Shown here in pieces: positions 1 to 10,054 of a stretch of DNA of 64,000 nt. The first letter of the stretch is position 1; every line of letters begins with the position of its first letter. Position numbers and translations under genes: made by a program. The stretch is from Candidatus Bathyarchaeia archaeon (GTDB lineage: Archaea; Thermoproteota; Bathyarchaeia; Bathyarchaeales; Bathycorpusculaceae), in the NCBI GenBank assembly GCA_049969855.1, contig JBMFOB010000004.1, forward strand, positions 11,743 to 75,742, given 5' to 3'. The notes beneath the pieces are model-generated. The model saw nothing but the letters and a program-made list of their open reading frames with translations, was not told the DNA's origin and did not search any database.

Positions 1-290
1 TCCAGTTTCTTCAATGTTTCTGCATATTCTTTTCGCTTTAACCCTATCGGTATGTCACCCTTCGGACCCCATGTTGTTGCTGGATAATGAGTTACAACAA
101 TCAATTTGGTTTTTGTTCCTTTAAATATGTTAAGCGCTTTTAGGGCGCTTCTTCCAGTTTCAGAGGCGACAACCACTTTGTTTAATCCGGTTTTTTCGCA
201 TCGTATTTTTGCTGCTTGTAAAACTTTTTCTGTATTCACTTCGCCGCAATATTGGAAATATGTAATTTTCTTTTCAATATCACCTTTCAT
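1..290 (-). CDS. Pyruvate kinase C-terminal-like (alpha/beta) domain protein, runs off window start
   Basis: Not in ORF track. Manual translation from ATG 290: MKGDIEKKITYFQYCGEVNTEKVLQAAKIRCEKTGLNKVVVASETGRSALKAL, with the family YF..G..NT and VVAS.TG motifs. Confidence 0.75.
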   Translation of the reverse strand, partial: MKGDIEKKITYFQYCGEVNTEKVLQAAKIRCEKTGLNKVVVASETGRSALKALNIFKGTKTKLIVVTHYPATTWGPKGDIPIGLKRKEYAETLKKL

Positions 291-350
291 TCCCAACACC
301 ACAGAGCTAAATACTCACCCATTCTATAACATTTTAAAGGCTGAAGTGAA

Positions 351-947
351 ATGATAAACCTTTACGTCAAAGAATTGGATAGCGTCTGGTTTGGAGTAGC
401 CTTTGAAGGCGAAGAGATTTTTGCAACAACATTTGCTTTCAGCCAACAAAAGGCTTTGCAAAGTCTTTTAAGAAGCATTCCATTCAATGTTCCCTTCCAA
501 CAGTTAGAAAAACCCTCCAGTTTTGCTGAGCGCGCAATAGCTGTTTTAAAGGATGTTTATGAGGGAAAAGATGTTTCAGCCAACTTCTCTTTGGCGACAA
601 AACATTTGCCAAACTATACAAGAAGAGTTATTGAAACTACGCTCTTAATTCCAACGGGATATGTAACCTCTTATGGGGCAATTGCCAAAGCGGTTGGCGG
701 AAGCCCAAGGGCTGTTGGGAATGTTATGGCTATGAACCCTTTTGCGCCGCTCGTTCCATGTCATAGGGTTGTCTGCTCAGACTTTACTTTAGGCGGGTAT
801 GGAGGCGGCTTAGATGTTAAGCTTCAAATTTTGAAGCGGGAGAGAAGAGGTTTTTCTTCTAAAAAGGAAATTTCCTTAAAAGGCAGAAAACTGCTTTTAT
901 TTCCAGTCGAATTCGTGTTAAACAGGGTTGAAGAAGGCAAAAGTTAA
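351..947 (+). CDS. ogt: Methylated-DNA--protein-cysteine methyltransferase
   Basis: SYGAIAKAVG..PRAVG..MAMNP..PCHRV active-site motif. Confidence 0.93.
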   Translation: MINLYVKELDSVWFGVAFEGEEIFATTFAFSQQKALQSLLRSIPFNVPFQQLEKPSSFAERAIAVLKDVYEGKDVSANFSLATKHLPNYTRRVIETTLLIPTGYVTSYGAIAKAVGGSPRAVGNVMAMNPFAPLVPCHRVVCSDFTLGGYGGGLDVKLQILKRERRGFSSKKEISLKGRKLLLFPVEFVLNRVEEGKS

Positions 948-1081
948 CTGGAATTATGTGAGATGTAAACGCATCAATTATACTCATTAATTTAATAGGT
1001 AACTGCCCTAGAACTGATTTTTCTGCCACTTCATCTACTGAAAACATTCAGCGATTTTGATGAGGATTTTTATTCATGTTT

Positions 1082-1119
1082 AATATCCCTTTAAGCATGG
1101 GCTTTCTCATGGGGATATT
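1082..1119. promoter_or_regulatory. Inverted repeat AATATCCC-N22-GGGATATT enclosing a TTTAAG TATA-like element upstream of nadM
   Basis: Arms 1082-1089 and 1112-1119 seen directly; function inferred. Confidence 0.3.
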
Positions 1120-1197
1120 CGTTTTGCTTTTATGTGTGATTAGGTTTAATCGTAAATGATAAATGTGGGGTGGATACACCAGAAAGCGAGGGATTTA

Positions 1198-1722
1198 ATG
1201 GTTAAGCGTGGGCTTTATGTTGGACGCTTTCAGCCTTTTCATTTGGGGCATCTTGGCGCAATAAAAGACATTTTGAGGGAGGTTGACGAGTTGGTTATTG
1301 TTATTGGCAGTGCCCAATACAGCCACCGCATTGACAATCCATTCACTTCTGGAGAAAGACTGATTATGATTCGCAAGGCTTTGGAAGAAGCCAAAATAGA
1401 CTATTCACGAGTTTGGATTGTGCCTGTGCCAGATGTGCATTTGCATATGATGTGGGTTGCGGCAGTAGAAGGCTATACCCCACCTTTTAACGTTGTTTAT
1501 TCCAATGAGCCTTTAACACGCCGACTTTTCTCGGAAGCCAAATACAAGGTTAGAGCCATACGTTTTCATGAAAGAAAACTTTATTCGTCAACCGAAATTA
1601 GGGCAAGAATGCTGAAAGACGAGAGTTGGGAGAAGCTTGTTCCAAAAAGTGTTGCTGCCTTCATAAAGGAGATTGACGGGATCAACAGACTTCGGGATTT
1701 AACTAAGACTGATAAAGTTTAA
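1198..1722 (+). CDS. nadM: Nicotinamide-nucleotide adenylyltransferase
   Basis: GRFQPFHLGH (HxGH) motif, NPFTSGER, SSTEIR; start moved to ATG 1198. Confidence 0.93.
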   Translation: MVKRGLYVGRFQPFHLGHLGAIKDILREVDELVIVIGSAQYSHRIDNPFTSGERLIMIRKALEEAKIDYSRVWIVPVPDVHLHMMWVAAVEGYTPPFNVVYSNEPLTRRLFSEAKYKVRAIRFHERKLYSSTEIRARMLKDESWEKLVPKSVAAFIKEIDGINRLRDLTKTDKV

Positions 1723-2503
1723 TCTTATCCCCAACTTTTGCTTTGAAGGTTTTGGCGGCATTTCCCTGATTTATTGAAATTTCCAAAAAATCGTGGCTTC
1801 CAATAATGGCTAACGGCTCGTGGGCTTCAGCTTCTGCGTAAGCCTTGCAAAGCTTCAACTTTAATCTAACGTCTTTAATTTCCACAGTAATGGAACCCCT
1901 AACATTCAACGCTTTAAGCTCTTTTTCTCGAAAATTTGTGATTATATTTCCAAAACTATCCACATGCAGAACTTCACTAACAAATACGCCATCCTGCCGA
2001 ATGACCTTCGCAAATTTTGGAGTTACAATTTCACGAATTTCAGGTCCATACTCCGCTGGTTGAATCCACCTCGTCAAGTGGGCGGCTGCTGGAGCGAAAA
2101 TGTCTCTTCCATGAAACGTGTTGGAAAGTTTCTTATTTTTTATCTCGTAAATATGCTCTATTCCTTGATTTTCTGCGGCTAAGGTCAATACGCCATTGTC
2201 TGGTCCGATGTAAAATGCCTGTTTTGTCTGTATAAGTATGGGTCGCCTTTCTGTTCCAACGCCCGGGTCAACAACGGCAACGTGAATTGTGTTTTTTGGA
2301 AAATACTTGGAGGCGGAAGCCAAAACATATGCGCCCATTCGCACATTAAACTTTTTTATGTCATGGGTTATGTCAACAATTATAGCGTCTGGGCTTATGC
2401 TTAGAATTACAGCTTTCATTTCCGCCACGTAAGGGTCTTTCAAACCGAAATCCGTTGTCAAAGTAATTATTGCGCGGGGCATAACGTTCTTTATAAACGC
2501 CAA
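1703..2503 (-). CDS. SAM hydroxide adenosyltransferase (SAM hydrolase/chlorinase, DUF62) family
   Basis: TTDFG, VVDPGVGT, GPDNG, TFHGRD, DSFGN motifs; true start may be slightly downstream (MPRAII). Confidence 0.9.
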   Translation of the reverse strand: MAFIKNVMPRAIITLTTDFGLKDPYVAEMKAVILSISPDAIIVDITHDIKKFNVRMGAYVLASASKYFPKNTIHVAVVDPGVGTERRPILIQTKQAFYIGPDNGVLTLAAENQGIEHIYEIKNKKLSNTFHGRDIFAPAAAHLTRWIQPAEYGPEIREIVTPKFAKVIRQDGVFVSEVLHVDSFGNIITNFREKELKALNVRGSITVEIKDVRLKLKLCKAYAEAEAHEPLAIIGSHDFLEISINQGNAAKTFKAKVGDKIKLYQS

Positions 2504-2522
2504 CGATTAAAAATAGTTACCT

Positions 2523-3302
2523 TTGCACAGACCAAGGAAGTTTCATAAGGTGATAATTAACAAAAAACTTTCAGCAAAAAATGTGGCTTTAAGCGTTTGC
2601 TTCACAGCCTTATACACGGTTTTTTGTTTCATACCAATATCTCCAATAATTGGTTTGCCAGGTAAAACCATAACAGCCGCTGCAATAATGGCTCCCGTTA
2701 TGGGCATAGTGCTTGGACCATATATAGGCGCAGTATCCACCCTTTTAGGCGGAACTATTGCTTCTTTTGCTGGTGCTTTTTCTCCGCCAAGTTTGGTTTC
2801 TAGCATCGTCACAGCTTTCTGTGCTGGTATGCTTTACATTCGCAAGCGAAGCCTTTGCGTTTTCGCTTATTTTTCGCTATTGTTTCTTTTCGGTTTTTAC
2901 CCTTTTGTTGGTCCTTTTTGGCTTTATCCACCATTAATGTGGTTTCAAATAGTTGGTTTTTTCGTTCTCATTTCGCCATTGCAGTCCAAAGCGATTAGAG
3001 ATTTGAACTCTGAAAGTGTTTCAAAGCTTTTTCAAGCTTTTTTCACGATATCTCTTACATCGACTTTAGCTGGACAAATTGCTGGTTCCTTAGTTTTCGA
3101 GGTTCTTGCGTGGCCTGTTTTTATGGCGGATATAAATGGTTGGAGGGCTACGTGGCAATTTTTAACATTCATTTATCCTGCTGAACGGGTAGTCATTGCA
3201 TTAATGGGAACGTTTATTGGAACAACTTTACACAAAATTTTGAAGTCTGCAAATTTAACGCTCCTTATTAATACCGACGCTCAGCAAGAAAAGTGCCCAT
3301 GA
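2523..3302 (+). CDS. Multi-pass membrane protein, ECF transporter S-component-like
   Basis: Hydrophobic helices, P..G..LGP..G pattern; start uncertain. Confidence 0.6.
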   Translation: MHRPRKFHKVIINKKLSAKNVALSVCFTALYTVFCFIPISPIIGLPGKTITAAAIMAPVMGIVLGPYIGAVSTLLGGTIASFAGAFSPPSLVSSIVTAFCAGMLYIRKRSLCVFAYFSLLFLFGFYPFVGPFWLYPPLMWFQIVGFFVLISPLQSKAIRDLNSESVSKLFQAFFTISLTSTLAGQIAGSLVFEVLAWPVFMADINGWRATWQFLTFIYPAERVVIALMGTFIGTTLHKILKSANLTLLINTDAQQEKCP

Positions 3303-4038
3303 AAATGCATTCTTTCTGAGGCATAGCCATATCCTCAGAACCATAAACACCATCATCAAAATCCACACTAACGCCCTTAATAATCACTAGCGGAGTTTTC
3401 TCCGCTGCTTCACCCATTAGAAAGTGTGCTGCAGAAGCCAAATTATCTGCAACGGCATGCTGTGTGATGATTATTTGCTTTCCATAAATATCCTTCTCTC
3501 CTCTTCTGTCTTTTATGGGTTTGAAACCAGCCACAGCCAGAGCCAAACCAATGGTGCCCTTTCTAAGCGGTACTAAACCACTGTCAACAATTAAAACAGC
3601 AACTCGCTTACCTGTCCTATTTTTAATTTCATCTCTCAAGCGTTTCGCCCATTTTTTGGGATCAGTTGGCCATAATGCTGCATAATCTATGGGAGCGTTT
3701 TTATTGTCTATTCCAGCGTTTGCGGTTAAAATTCCATTTTTAAGCGTCAAAACAGCCTTTTCAACTCCCCCATAAATTTTGTCTGCTTCTCGTAAAATTA
3801 ACTCTGCGAATGCTGGCTGTAGGGAAAAGTGTTTTGCCAACTCCTTCGCTTTCCTTGAAGGTTTAACTTCGCTCATTTTTATTAGGCGGTTTTCAACGTG
3901 AGCAATAACTTTTGAAGTTAAAGCCAGTATGTCATTGTCTTCAAGCTTTAAACCTTGTTCCTTTATGGCTTCAATGATTACATCAGTCAAATCATCGTTA
4001 TGCTCTATAATTCTCATTTTGACTGCATAAAGCCTCAT
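3268..4038 (-). CDS. cofE: Coenzyme F420-0:L-glutamate ligase family
   Basis: TSKV, ANAGID..N, D.RG..D.YG, ADNLASAA..LMGE. Confidence 0.85.
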   Translation of the reverse strand: MRLYAVKMRIIEHNDDLTDVIIEAIKEQGLKLEDNDILALTSKVIAHVENRLIKMSEVKPSRKAKELAKHFSLQPAFAELILREADKIYGGVEKAVLTLKNGILTANAGIDNKNAPIDYAALWPTDPKKWAKRLRDEIKNRTGKRVAVLIVDSGLVPLRKGTIGLALAVAGFKPIKDRRGEKDIYGKQIIITQHAVADNLASAAHFLMGEAAEKTPLVIIKGVSVDFDDGVYGSEDMAMPQKECIFMGTFLAERRY

Positions 4039-4043
4039 AATGT

Positions 4044-4328
4044 TTATCCTCCGTGAATGACTGGAATAAGAACAACTTCGTCTCCGTCCTTAAGAAGGGT
4101 TTCTAAACCGTTTAATACGCTGATTTCCTTTCCATTTACAAGTATTAGCGCATTTGGTCTAGGATCTTCAAGTTCGGGGTCAACCAGTGTCCGCTTGATG
4201 GTTGGAAACTTTTCAACTATTTTCTTTATAACCTCCCTTAGGGGAGCTGCATCTTCAATTTTGATGTCTATTTTGTTTCTGTTTGAAATCGTGCGAAAAA
4301 CTCCAATAAAGTTCACAGTTACAGTCAT
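4044..4328 (-). CDS. MoaD/ThiS/SAMP ubiquitin-like sulfur carrier
   Basis: 94 aa, ILVNG..I, LKDGDEV, C-terminal GG. Confidence 0.9.
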   Translation of the reverse strand: MTVTVNFIGVFRTISNRNKIDIKIEDAAPLREVIKKIVEKFPTIKRTLVDPELEDPRPNALILVNGKEISVLNGLETLLKDGDEVVLIPVIHGG

Positions 4329-4343
4329 ATCATTTTCCCCACT

Positions 4344-5720
4344 TTATATGACTATTATGACTGAAATGTCATTCACATTTGTGCCTGTTTGACCAGTAAA
4401 AATTAGGTCTTCAAGTTTGGAGAAGAAATTGTAGGAGTCATTTTCGGCAAGATATTCCTCTGGAGTTAATCCCTCCTTAGCTGCTTTCGTTAATGTTTTT
4501 CCGTCAACTATTGCCCCTGCAGCATCTGTTGGGCCATCTATGCCATCCGTGCTTATTGAAGCCAAAACCGCTCCATCCATTCCATTCATTTTTAATGCCG
4601 CCGCCAAGGCTATTTCCTGGTTTCTTCCTCCTTTACCCTTTCCAATAATGGTTACTGTGGTTTCTCCCCCAGCAATTATGCCTGCTGGTTTTGGGATGGG
4701 ATTTCCGGAAACAGAAACTTCATGGGCTATTGAGGCAAGCATGGTTCCAACGTGTCTGGCTTCGCCTTCTAATGTTGCGGTCAGCAAAAGCGTGTTTAAT
4801 CCTTCAGATTTTAGGCATTCTTGGGCTGTTTTGCTTGCAAGCCTGTTGTTTCCAATAATTACGTTGAAGACTTTCTTGAAGGCTTCATCATTGGCTTTTG
4901 GTGTTTCCGGAATTTTGCCTTTCTCTCCTTCTAAAAGAACCTTTCTGATTGATGTCGGAATTTTATCCCACAACCCGTATTTTTTCAAAACTTTTATTGC
5001 ATCGCTGAAGGTTGTGGAATCTGGAACGGTTGGTCCTGATGCGATAAAATCTAATGGGTCGCCAACAACATCTGAGAGAATGAGATTTAGAATAGTGGCT
5101 GGATAAGCCTTTTTTGCCAACCAACCTCCCTTGAAATCCGATATGTTCTTTCTGACAGTGTTAATCTCATTTATTGTTGCACCGCATTTTAGCAAGGCAT
5201 CCGTTATTTTCTTTTTATCATTGATTGTTATGTCGCCGCGGGGCAAGGGCATGAGGCTTGAACCCCCGCCAGAAATTAAACAAATGATTAAATCGTTTTC
5301 TCCGGCGTTTTCTGCTATTTCCAGCATGCGTCGAGTTCCTTCCACACCTGAATCATCTGGGATTGGGTGGCTTGCTTCATGAAGCTTTATAATGTCTGTT
5401 TTGTGTTTACTGCCGTAAGGAACGTTAACTAACCCCATCCTTATTATGCGTCCTAAAACCTGTTCCAAAGCTTCAGCCATTGAACCGCTTGCCTTGCCGC
5501 CACCTATAACGTAAACGTTCCTGAACTTCTTTAAATCAAAGGAATATTTATCCACATGAAGGGTTGAGTTTTTCAATAAAACTTTTGATTTTATTATCTG
5601 TTTTGGGTCAACAGCATTCAGCGCAGATTCAAGGCTTTTTAGTGCTAGTTCTCTGGCTTTTCTGTTAAGTTGCGTCTCGCCATTATCTATTAGTTTTTCT
5701 TTATTCTTTATTGTTATCAT
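4344..5720 (-). CDS. Glycerate 2-kinase (MOFRL family)
   Basis: GGGKA, ISGGGSSL, SDVVGD..IASGP, GGETTV, GGRNQE, TDGIDG, TGTNVND. Confidence 0.93.
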   Translation of the reverse strand: MITIKNKEKLIDNGETQLNRKARELALKSLESALNAVDPKQIIKSKVLLKNSTLHVDKYSFDLKKFRNVYVIGGGKASGSMAEALEQVLGRIIRMGLVNVPYGSKHKTDIIKLHEASHPIPDDSGVEGTRRMLEIAENAGENDLIICLISGGGSSLMPLPRGDITINDKKKITDALLKCGATINEINTVRKNISDFKGGWLAKKAYPATILNLILSDVVGDPLDFIASGPTVPDSTTFSDAIKVLKKYGLWDKIPTSIRKVLLEGEKGKIPETPKANDEAFKKVFNVIIGNNRLASKTAQECLKSEGLNTLLLTATLEGEARHVGTMLASIAHEVSVSGNPIPKPAGIIAGGETTVTIIGKGKGGRNQEIALAAALKMNGMDGAVLASISTDGIDGPTDAAGAIVDGKTLTKAAKEGLTPEEYLAENDSYNFFSKLEDLIFTGQTGTNVNDISVIIVI

Positions 5721-5817
5721 TTGATTGCCCTAACATTGATTTTTTATGGTTAACTGCGTAATTGTAATAAGCTAATATTAATAAAGAATTCCACAAATCT
5801 TTGTTCGGTGAGTCCAA

Positions 5818-6819
5818 ATGCCAAAACCAAAAGTTTATGTTACACGTGAACTTCCAGAAAGGGGTCTTAAAATAATTAAGGAGCATTTTGACACTGAAGT
5901 TTGGCCAGAATATGCTCCACCGCCAAAAAAGGTGATAATTGAAAAAGCTAGAAAGGTTGACGCCCTTGCCACGCTTTTGTCTGACAAAATAGACGCTGAG
6001 GTTTTTGATGCTGCGCCAAAACTTAAGATTGTTGCTCAGATGGCTGTTGGCTTTGACAACATAGACATTCCAGAAGCCACGAAAAGAGGAATATATGTAA
6101 CGAACACTCCGGAGGTTTTAACCGACACAACAGCAGATTTCGCTTGGGCTTTGTTATTGGCTGTTGCTAGGCGTGTTGTTGAAGCAGACAAGTATGTTCG
6201 CAGTGGACAGTGGAAGGTTGGTTGGCATCCTATGATGATGCAGGGCAGAGACGTTCACGGCGCAACATTAGGCGTTGTTGGTGCTGGGAGAATAGGCTTT
6301 GCAGTTGCAAAAAGAGCCACGGGTTTTGATATGAAAATCCTCTTTTACGATGTTGTACCCCGACCAGAAATGGAAAAATTAGGCGCAAAAAAAGTTGACA
6401 TGGACACCCTTCTAAGAGAATCAGATTTCATCACCATTCACGTTCCGCTGATGAAAGAAACCTATCACCTAATAAATGAAGAGAAGCTTAAACTTATGAA
6501 GAAAACCGCTTATCTAATAAACAACTCCCGTGGACCGGTTGTGGACGAGAAAGCATTATACCATGCATTAAAAGAAGGTAGAATAGCTGGCGCTGCCCTT
6601 GACGTTTTTGAACAGGAACCAACACCCATGGATAATCCTTTACTAAAACTTGACAATGTGGTTGTTGCTCCGCATATATCTAGTGCAAGCTATGAAACTC
6701 GCTCTAGAATGGCTGAGATGGTTGCAGAAAATTTGGTGGCGTTCTTTGAAGGGAAAAAACCTCCGAACCTAGTTAACCCAGAAGTAATGAAAGTTAGACC
6801 ATTGCAAAAGCAATTTTAA
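5818..6819 (+). CDS. gyaR: Glyoxylate/hydroxypyruvate reductase (D-2-hydroxyacid dehydrogenase)
   Basis: VGFDNID, TNTPEVLT, GAGRIG, NNSRG, LDVFEQEP, PHISSA. Confidence 0.88.
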   Translation: MPKPKVYVTRELPERGLKIIKEHFDTEVWPEYAPPPKKVIIEKARKVDALATLLSDKIDAEVFDAAPKLKIVAQMAVGFDNIDIPEATKRGIYVTNTPEVLTDTTADFAWALLLAVARRVVEADKYVRSGQWKVGWHPMMMQGRDVHGATLGVVGAGRIGFAVAKRATGFDMKILFYDVVPRPEMEKLGAKKVDMDTLLRESDFITIHVPLMKETYHLINEEKLKLMKKTAYLINNSRGPVVDEKALYHALKEGRIAGAALDVFEQEPTPMDNPLLKLDNVVVAPHISSASYETRSRMAEMVAENLVAFFEGKKPPNLVNPEVMKVRPLQKQF

Positions 6820-6906
6820 CATGGATTTAAGGTCAATTTTAGTGCAATAGTTAAATATTCCTTGTTTTTACCTTTCTTTTTCTCTTCAAAACAAAAGGTG
6901 ATTTGA

Positions 6907-8079
6907 GTGAGTTCCATCTTTGCGAAGAGAATGGAAACTTTAGGAACAGAAACAGCCTTTGAAGTGCTTGCAAAAGCAAAAGCCTTGGAAAAACAGGGAA
7001 AAGACATTGTGCATTTAGAAATAGGCGAACCAGATTTTGACACGCCTAAGAACATTAAAGAAGCCGCCGTGAAAGCCCTCTATGAAGGTTACACCCATTA
7101 TGTTCCATCCGCTGGAATCCCAGAGCTAAGAGAAACAATTGCCGAGTACATTTCTAAAACAAGAAGAATAAAGGTTGAACCTGAAGAGGTTGTTGTAACA
7201 CCAGGCGCAAAACCAATAATGTTTTTCGCCATTCTTGCATGCGTGAATCCCGGCGAGGAGGTTTTGTATCCAAACCCAGGCTTTCCAATTTATGAATCTG
7301 TCATAAATTTTGTTGAAGCCAAACCTGTGCCTATACCGCTTTTGGAAGAAAATGATTTTAGAATGGATCATGAATATGTTAAGAAGAAGATAACAAAAAA
7401 GACTAAAATGATTATTCTGAACTCTCCGGAAAACCCAACTGGCGGCGTTTTGACTAAGGAAGACTTGAAAGTTATAGCTGATTGCATTTCAAATAGAGAT
7501 GATGTGCTTGTGCTTTCCGACGAAATATATAGCAGAATAATTTATGAGGGCGAGCATGAAAGCATCGCTTCGCTTCCAGGGATGAAGGAGAAAACGATTA
7601 TACTGGATGGATTTTCAAAAACCTATGCCATGACAGGTTGGAGACTTGGCTATGGCGTAATGCGAAAAGATTTAGCCCAAAAATTCGCCCAACTCATGAC
7701 CAACTCCAACTCTTGCACATGCACTTTCATTCAGATGGCTGGCATTGAGGCTTTGAAAGGACCGCAAAATGAAGTAGAAAGGATGGTTTCTGAATTTAGA
7801 AAAAGAAGGGAAGTTATAGTTTCTGGTTTAAACAAGATTAAGGGAATAACATGCAAAAAACCCCGCGGAGCCTTCTATGTATTTCCCAACATAAAAGGAA
7901 CTGGGATGGACTGTCGCAAACTTGGAGATTACTTGCTTAATGAAGCTGGTGTGGCTGTTTTACCAGGCACATCCTTCGGAAAATACGGTGAAGGCTATTT
8001 GCGTTTGTCCTTTGCCAATTCTATTGAGAATATTAAAAAGGCTTTGGACAGAATATCTAAGGCTCTTGAAAAACGATAA
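6907..8079 (+). CDS. Class I/II PLP-dependent aminotransferase (aspartate aminotransferase-like)
   Basis: GEPDF, NSPENPTG, SDEIY, GFSKTYAMTGWRLG. Confidence 0.92.
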   Translation: MSSIFAKRMETLGTETAFEVLAKAKALEKQGKDIVHLEIGEPDFDTPKNIKEAAVKALYEGYTHYVPSAGIPELRETIAEYISKTRRIKVEPEEVVVTPGAKPIMFFAILACVNPGEEVLYPNPGFPIYESVINFVEAKPVPIPLLEENDFRMDHEYVKKKITKKTKMIILNSPENPTGGVLTKEDLKVIADCISNRDDVLVLSDEIYSRIIYEGEHESIASLPGMKEKTIILDGFSKTYAMTGWRLGYGVMRKDLAQKFAQLMTNSNSCTCTFIQMAGIEALKGPQNEVERMVSEFRKRREVIVSGLNKIKGITCKKPRGAFYVFPNIKGTGMDCRKLGDYLLNEAGVAVLPGTSFGKYGEGYLRLSFANSIENIKKALDRISKALEKR

Positions 8080-8084
8080 TTTCT

Positions 8085-8468
8085 TTAATCCTCTATTTTT
8101 TCTCCGGTTAAAGTTTCAACTATGTCTGAGGCTAATTGAACTAGGTTGTCTGCCCTTTTCATAGTTATTTCTCCGTTCACCTCTCCCATTTGGGCGAGTT
8201 GCTGCATCATTTCTTCGATTTGCACTAAAAATTTTAATAGGGGGTCGCTTATTGATTGGGGTTTTTCTGCGGCTTCTCTTATGGCAATTTCTACGAATGC
8301 TGGTTCTCCAAGGCTATAATAAATAGCGTTTCGAGCTTTTCTGACGGCTTCTAAAATTAGGGTTGGAGCCATGTAGGGCAATTTTCTTGCCGCTTCAAGC
8401 TCTGCCTTAGCCTCTCGCAAGTATCGATGCGCCCATCCTCTTCTGTATTCATCCATCATTTGCATCAT
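8085..8468 (-). CDS. Hypothetical helical protein, HEPN-like N-terminus
   Basis: WAHRYLREAKAELEAA...EAVRKA resembles HEPN helices 1-2; no Rx4-6H seen. Confidence 0.5.
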   Translation of the reverse strand: MMQMMDEYRRGWAHRYLREAKAELEAARKLPYMAPTLILEAVRKARNAIYYSLGEPAFVEIAIREAAEKPQSISDPLLKFLVQIEEMMQQLAQMGEVNGEITMKRADNLVQLASDIVETLTGEKIED

Positions 8469-8511
8469 TTCTCCTTGTGTTTCTTAAAAGGATTGAAAGT
8501 GTTTTATAAGG

Positions 8512-8733
8512 TTACTCTTCTTCTGAAGTTTCGTTTGAGGAAGCTGCTGGGGTTCCAGCGAAAGCGTGGGTTATGTATCCTGCAATCTGATTTCTCACTT
8601 TTGTAGTTGCCCCTTTTGTCAACATATCAACCATACGTTTGTTGTTTTCAAAATTGTTAGAAAATTTGTCAGGAAACCGTCGAATAAGTTCCTTGGCTAA
8701 TCGTTTAATCTGTTCTGTTCGCACATTTCCCAA
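8512..8733 (-). CDS. rps17e: 30S ribosomal protein S17e
   Basis: MGNVR...IKR.A..L...F..NFE.NK...KVRNQIAGYIT. Confidence 0.95.
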   Translation of the reverse strand: MGNVRTEQIKRLAKELIRRFPDKFSNNFENNKRMVDMLTKGATTKVRNQIAGYITHAFAGTPAASSNETSEEE

Positions 8734-9118
8734 CTTTTAGTTTCCCCCAAGCTCACCATTATCCTCGCATGTAAGCATGCACTGAAGTAAACCTTCATTA
8801 AAGAAAGGGACAATTTAACCTTTCTCAACCTAACTCGGAAATGGGGTGATTCAACCACTCCAATTATTTATGCAAGCTTATTTTATATCGAAACTGGATA
8901 GATGTCCGCATCAGAAAGACTGATTTATTAAGATATACGATAATGTTTCTGGGAGAGTCCATGAATTTAAAAATGAATGTTAAACTATGGGAAAAACCCG
9001 TTCACGAAACGGTCGAGTTGCTTAAAGCACAATCATTATGGATTTCAATTTTATTTTATCGTAAATTTGCTTAGTCTATTTGTCTTCGAATGCTTCAGCA
9101 CATAATTGAGAAGTTCAT

Positions 9119-9898
9119 TCAGTTTAACTTTACTTTGAAAAAATCTTCAAAGTTTTTTATTATTTGCTCAGCAACAATCGCCACTTCCATATTTTTAATT
9201 TCAGCTATTGCTTCAACCACTGTTGGAATGAAAGCGGGCATTGGAATCCGACCGTTGAAAGGTTTTTTAAAATAACGCACTGGACCATCAGTTTCCGTCA
9301 ACAAATTAGTTAATGGGATTTTTCTGACAACTTCGCGTATGCCATTGGAGTAAGCAGTGGGTGGGCCTTCTGTAATGTAATATCCATTCTCCACAACTTT
9401 AGTTAATAGGCTGATTGGGTTGCTGAACCAATGCAACAAGACTTTCTTAATTTTGTAGGATGGGAGCATTTCGACTATCTGCGTTGTTGTGCCACGGGAA
9501 TGAATTATAACTGGCAATTCAAGTTTTTCAGCTAGATGTAGCATTTCGTTAAAAACCATTAACTGTTTATCCCAAATCTTTGCGTACTTATAGTCTAACC
9601 CCACCTCTCCAATGGCAACAAACGCCTTGTTCCCTTTCTGTTCAGAAATCAATTTCAAAGTCTCTTGAAGTTCTTCATCAGTTAAAGCTTGCACATTCCA
9701 CGGGTGAATGCCCAATGCAGCATAAACAATTCCTTGATATTTATCAGCCAACTTGAGACTTTCGATGCTTGTTTTAAAATCCATGGAGTTTGAAACTAAA
9801 GCAACAACATTTGAGCGTTTAGCCTCAGCTATAACCTCATTGATGTGTTCTGAATATTCCTCGTCTGAGAGGTGAATGTGAGAGTCCACGAACTTCAT
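9119..9898 (-). CDS. tatD: TatD family hydrolase/DNase
   Basis: DSHIH, GIHPW, IGEVGLD, IHSR, LHWF, TETDGP. Confidence 0.93.
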   Translation of the reverse strand: MKFVDSHIHLSDEEYSEHINEVIAEAKRSNVVALVSNSMDFKTSIESLKLADKYQGIVYAALGIHPWNVQALTDEELQETLKLISEQKGNKAFVAIGEVGLDYKYAKIWDKQLMVFNEMLHLAEKLELPVIIHSRGTTTQIVEMLPSYKIKKVLLHWFSNPISLLTKVVENGYYITEGPPTAYSNGIREVVRKIPLTNLLTETDGPVRYFKKPFNGRIPMPAFIPTVVEAIAEIKNMEVAIVAEQIIKNFEDFFKVKLN

Positions 9899-10054
9899 TT
9901 GGAACCCGCGGCTTTATTAGAATGTTCAAATTTCACTTTTAAAATTTCCTTTTCCTTTAGAGCAATTTTCCATGCTGCTTTGTTTTCAGAAAATAAGGAA
10001 CAATAAACGTTAAATATTGATTTAAATAGAAAAAGAGGCTGCGGAGGAGTGTTT

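Noticed and set aside
1010-1070. Possible C/D box sRNA (CTGA and TGATGA motifs)
   Set aside because: The boxes are in the wrong order (CTGA precedes TGATGA) and there is no downstream D box at a suitable distance.
8085-8468. HEPN-like gene as a toxin
   Set aside because: No Rx4-6H motif and no adjacent nucleotidyltransferase; it sits behind rps17e like a core gene.
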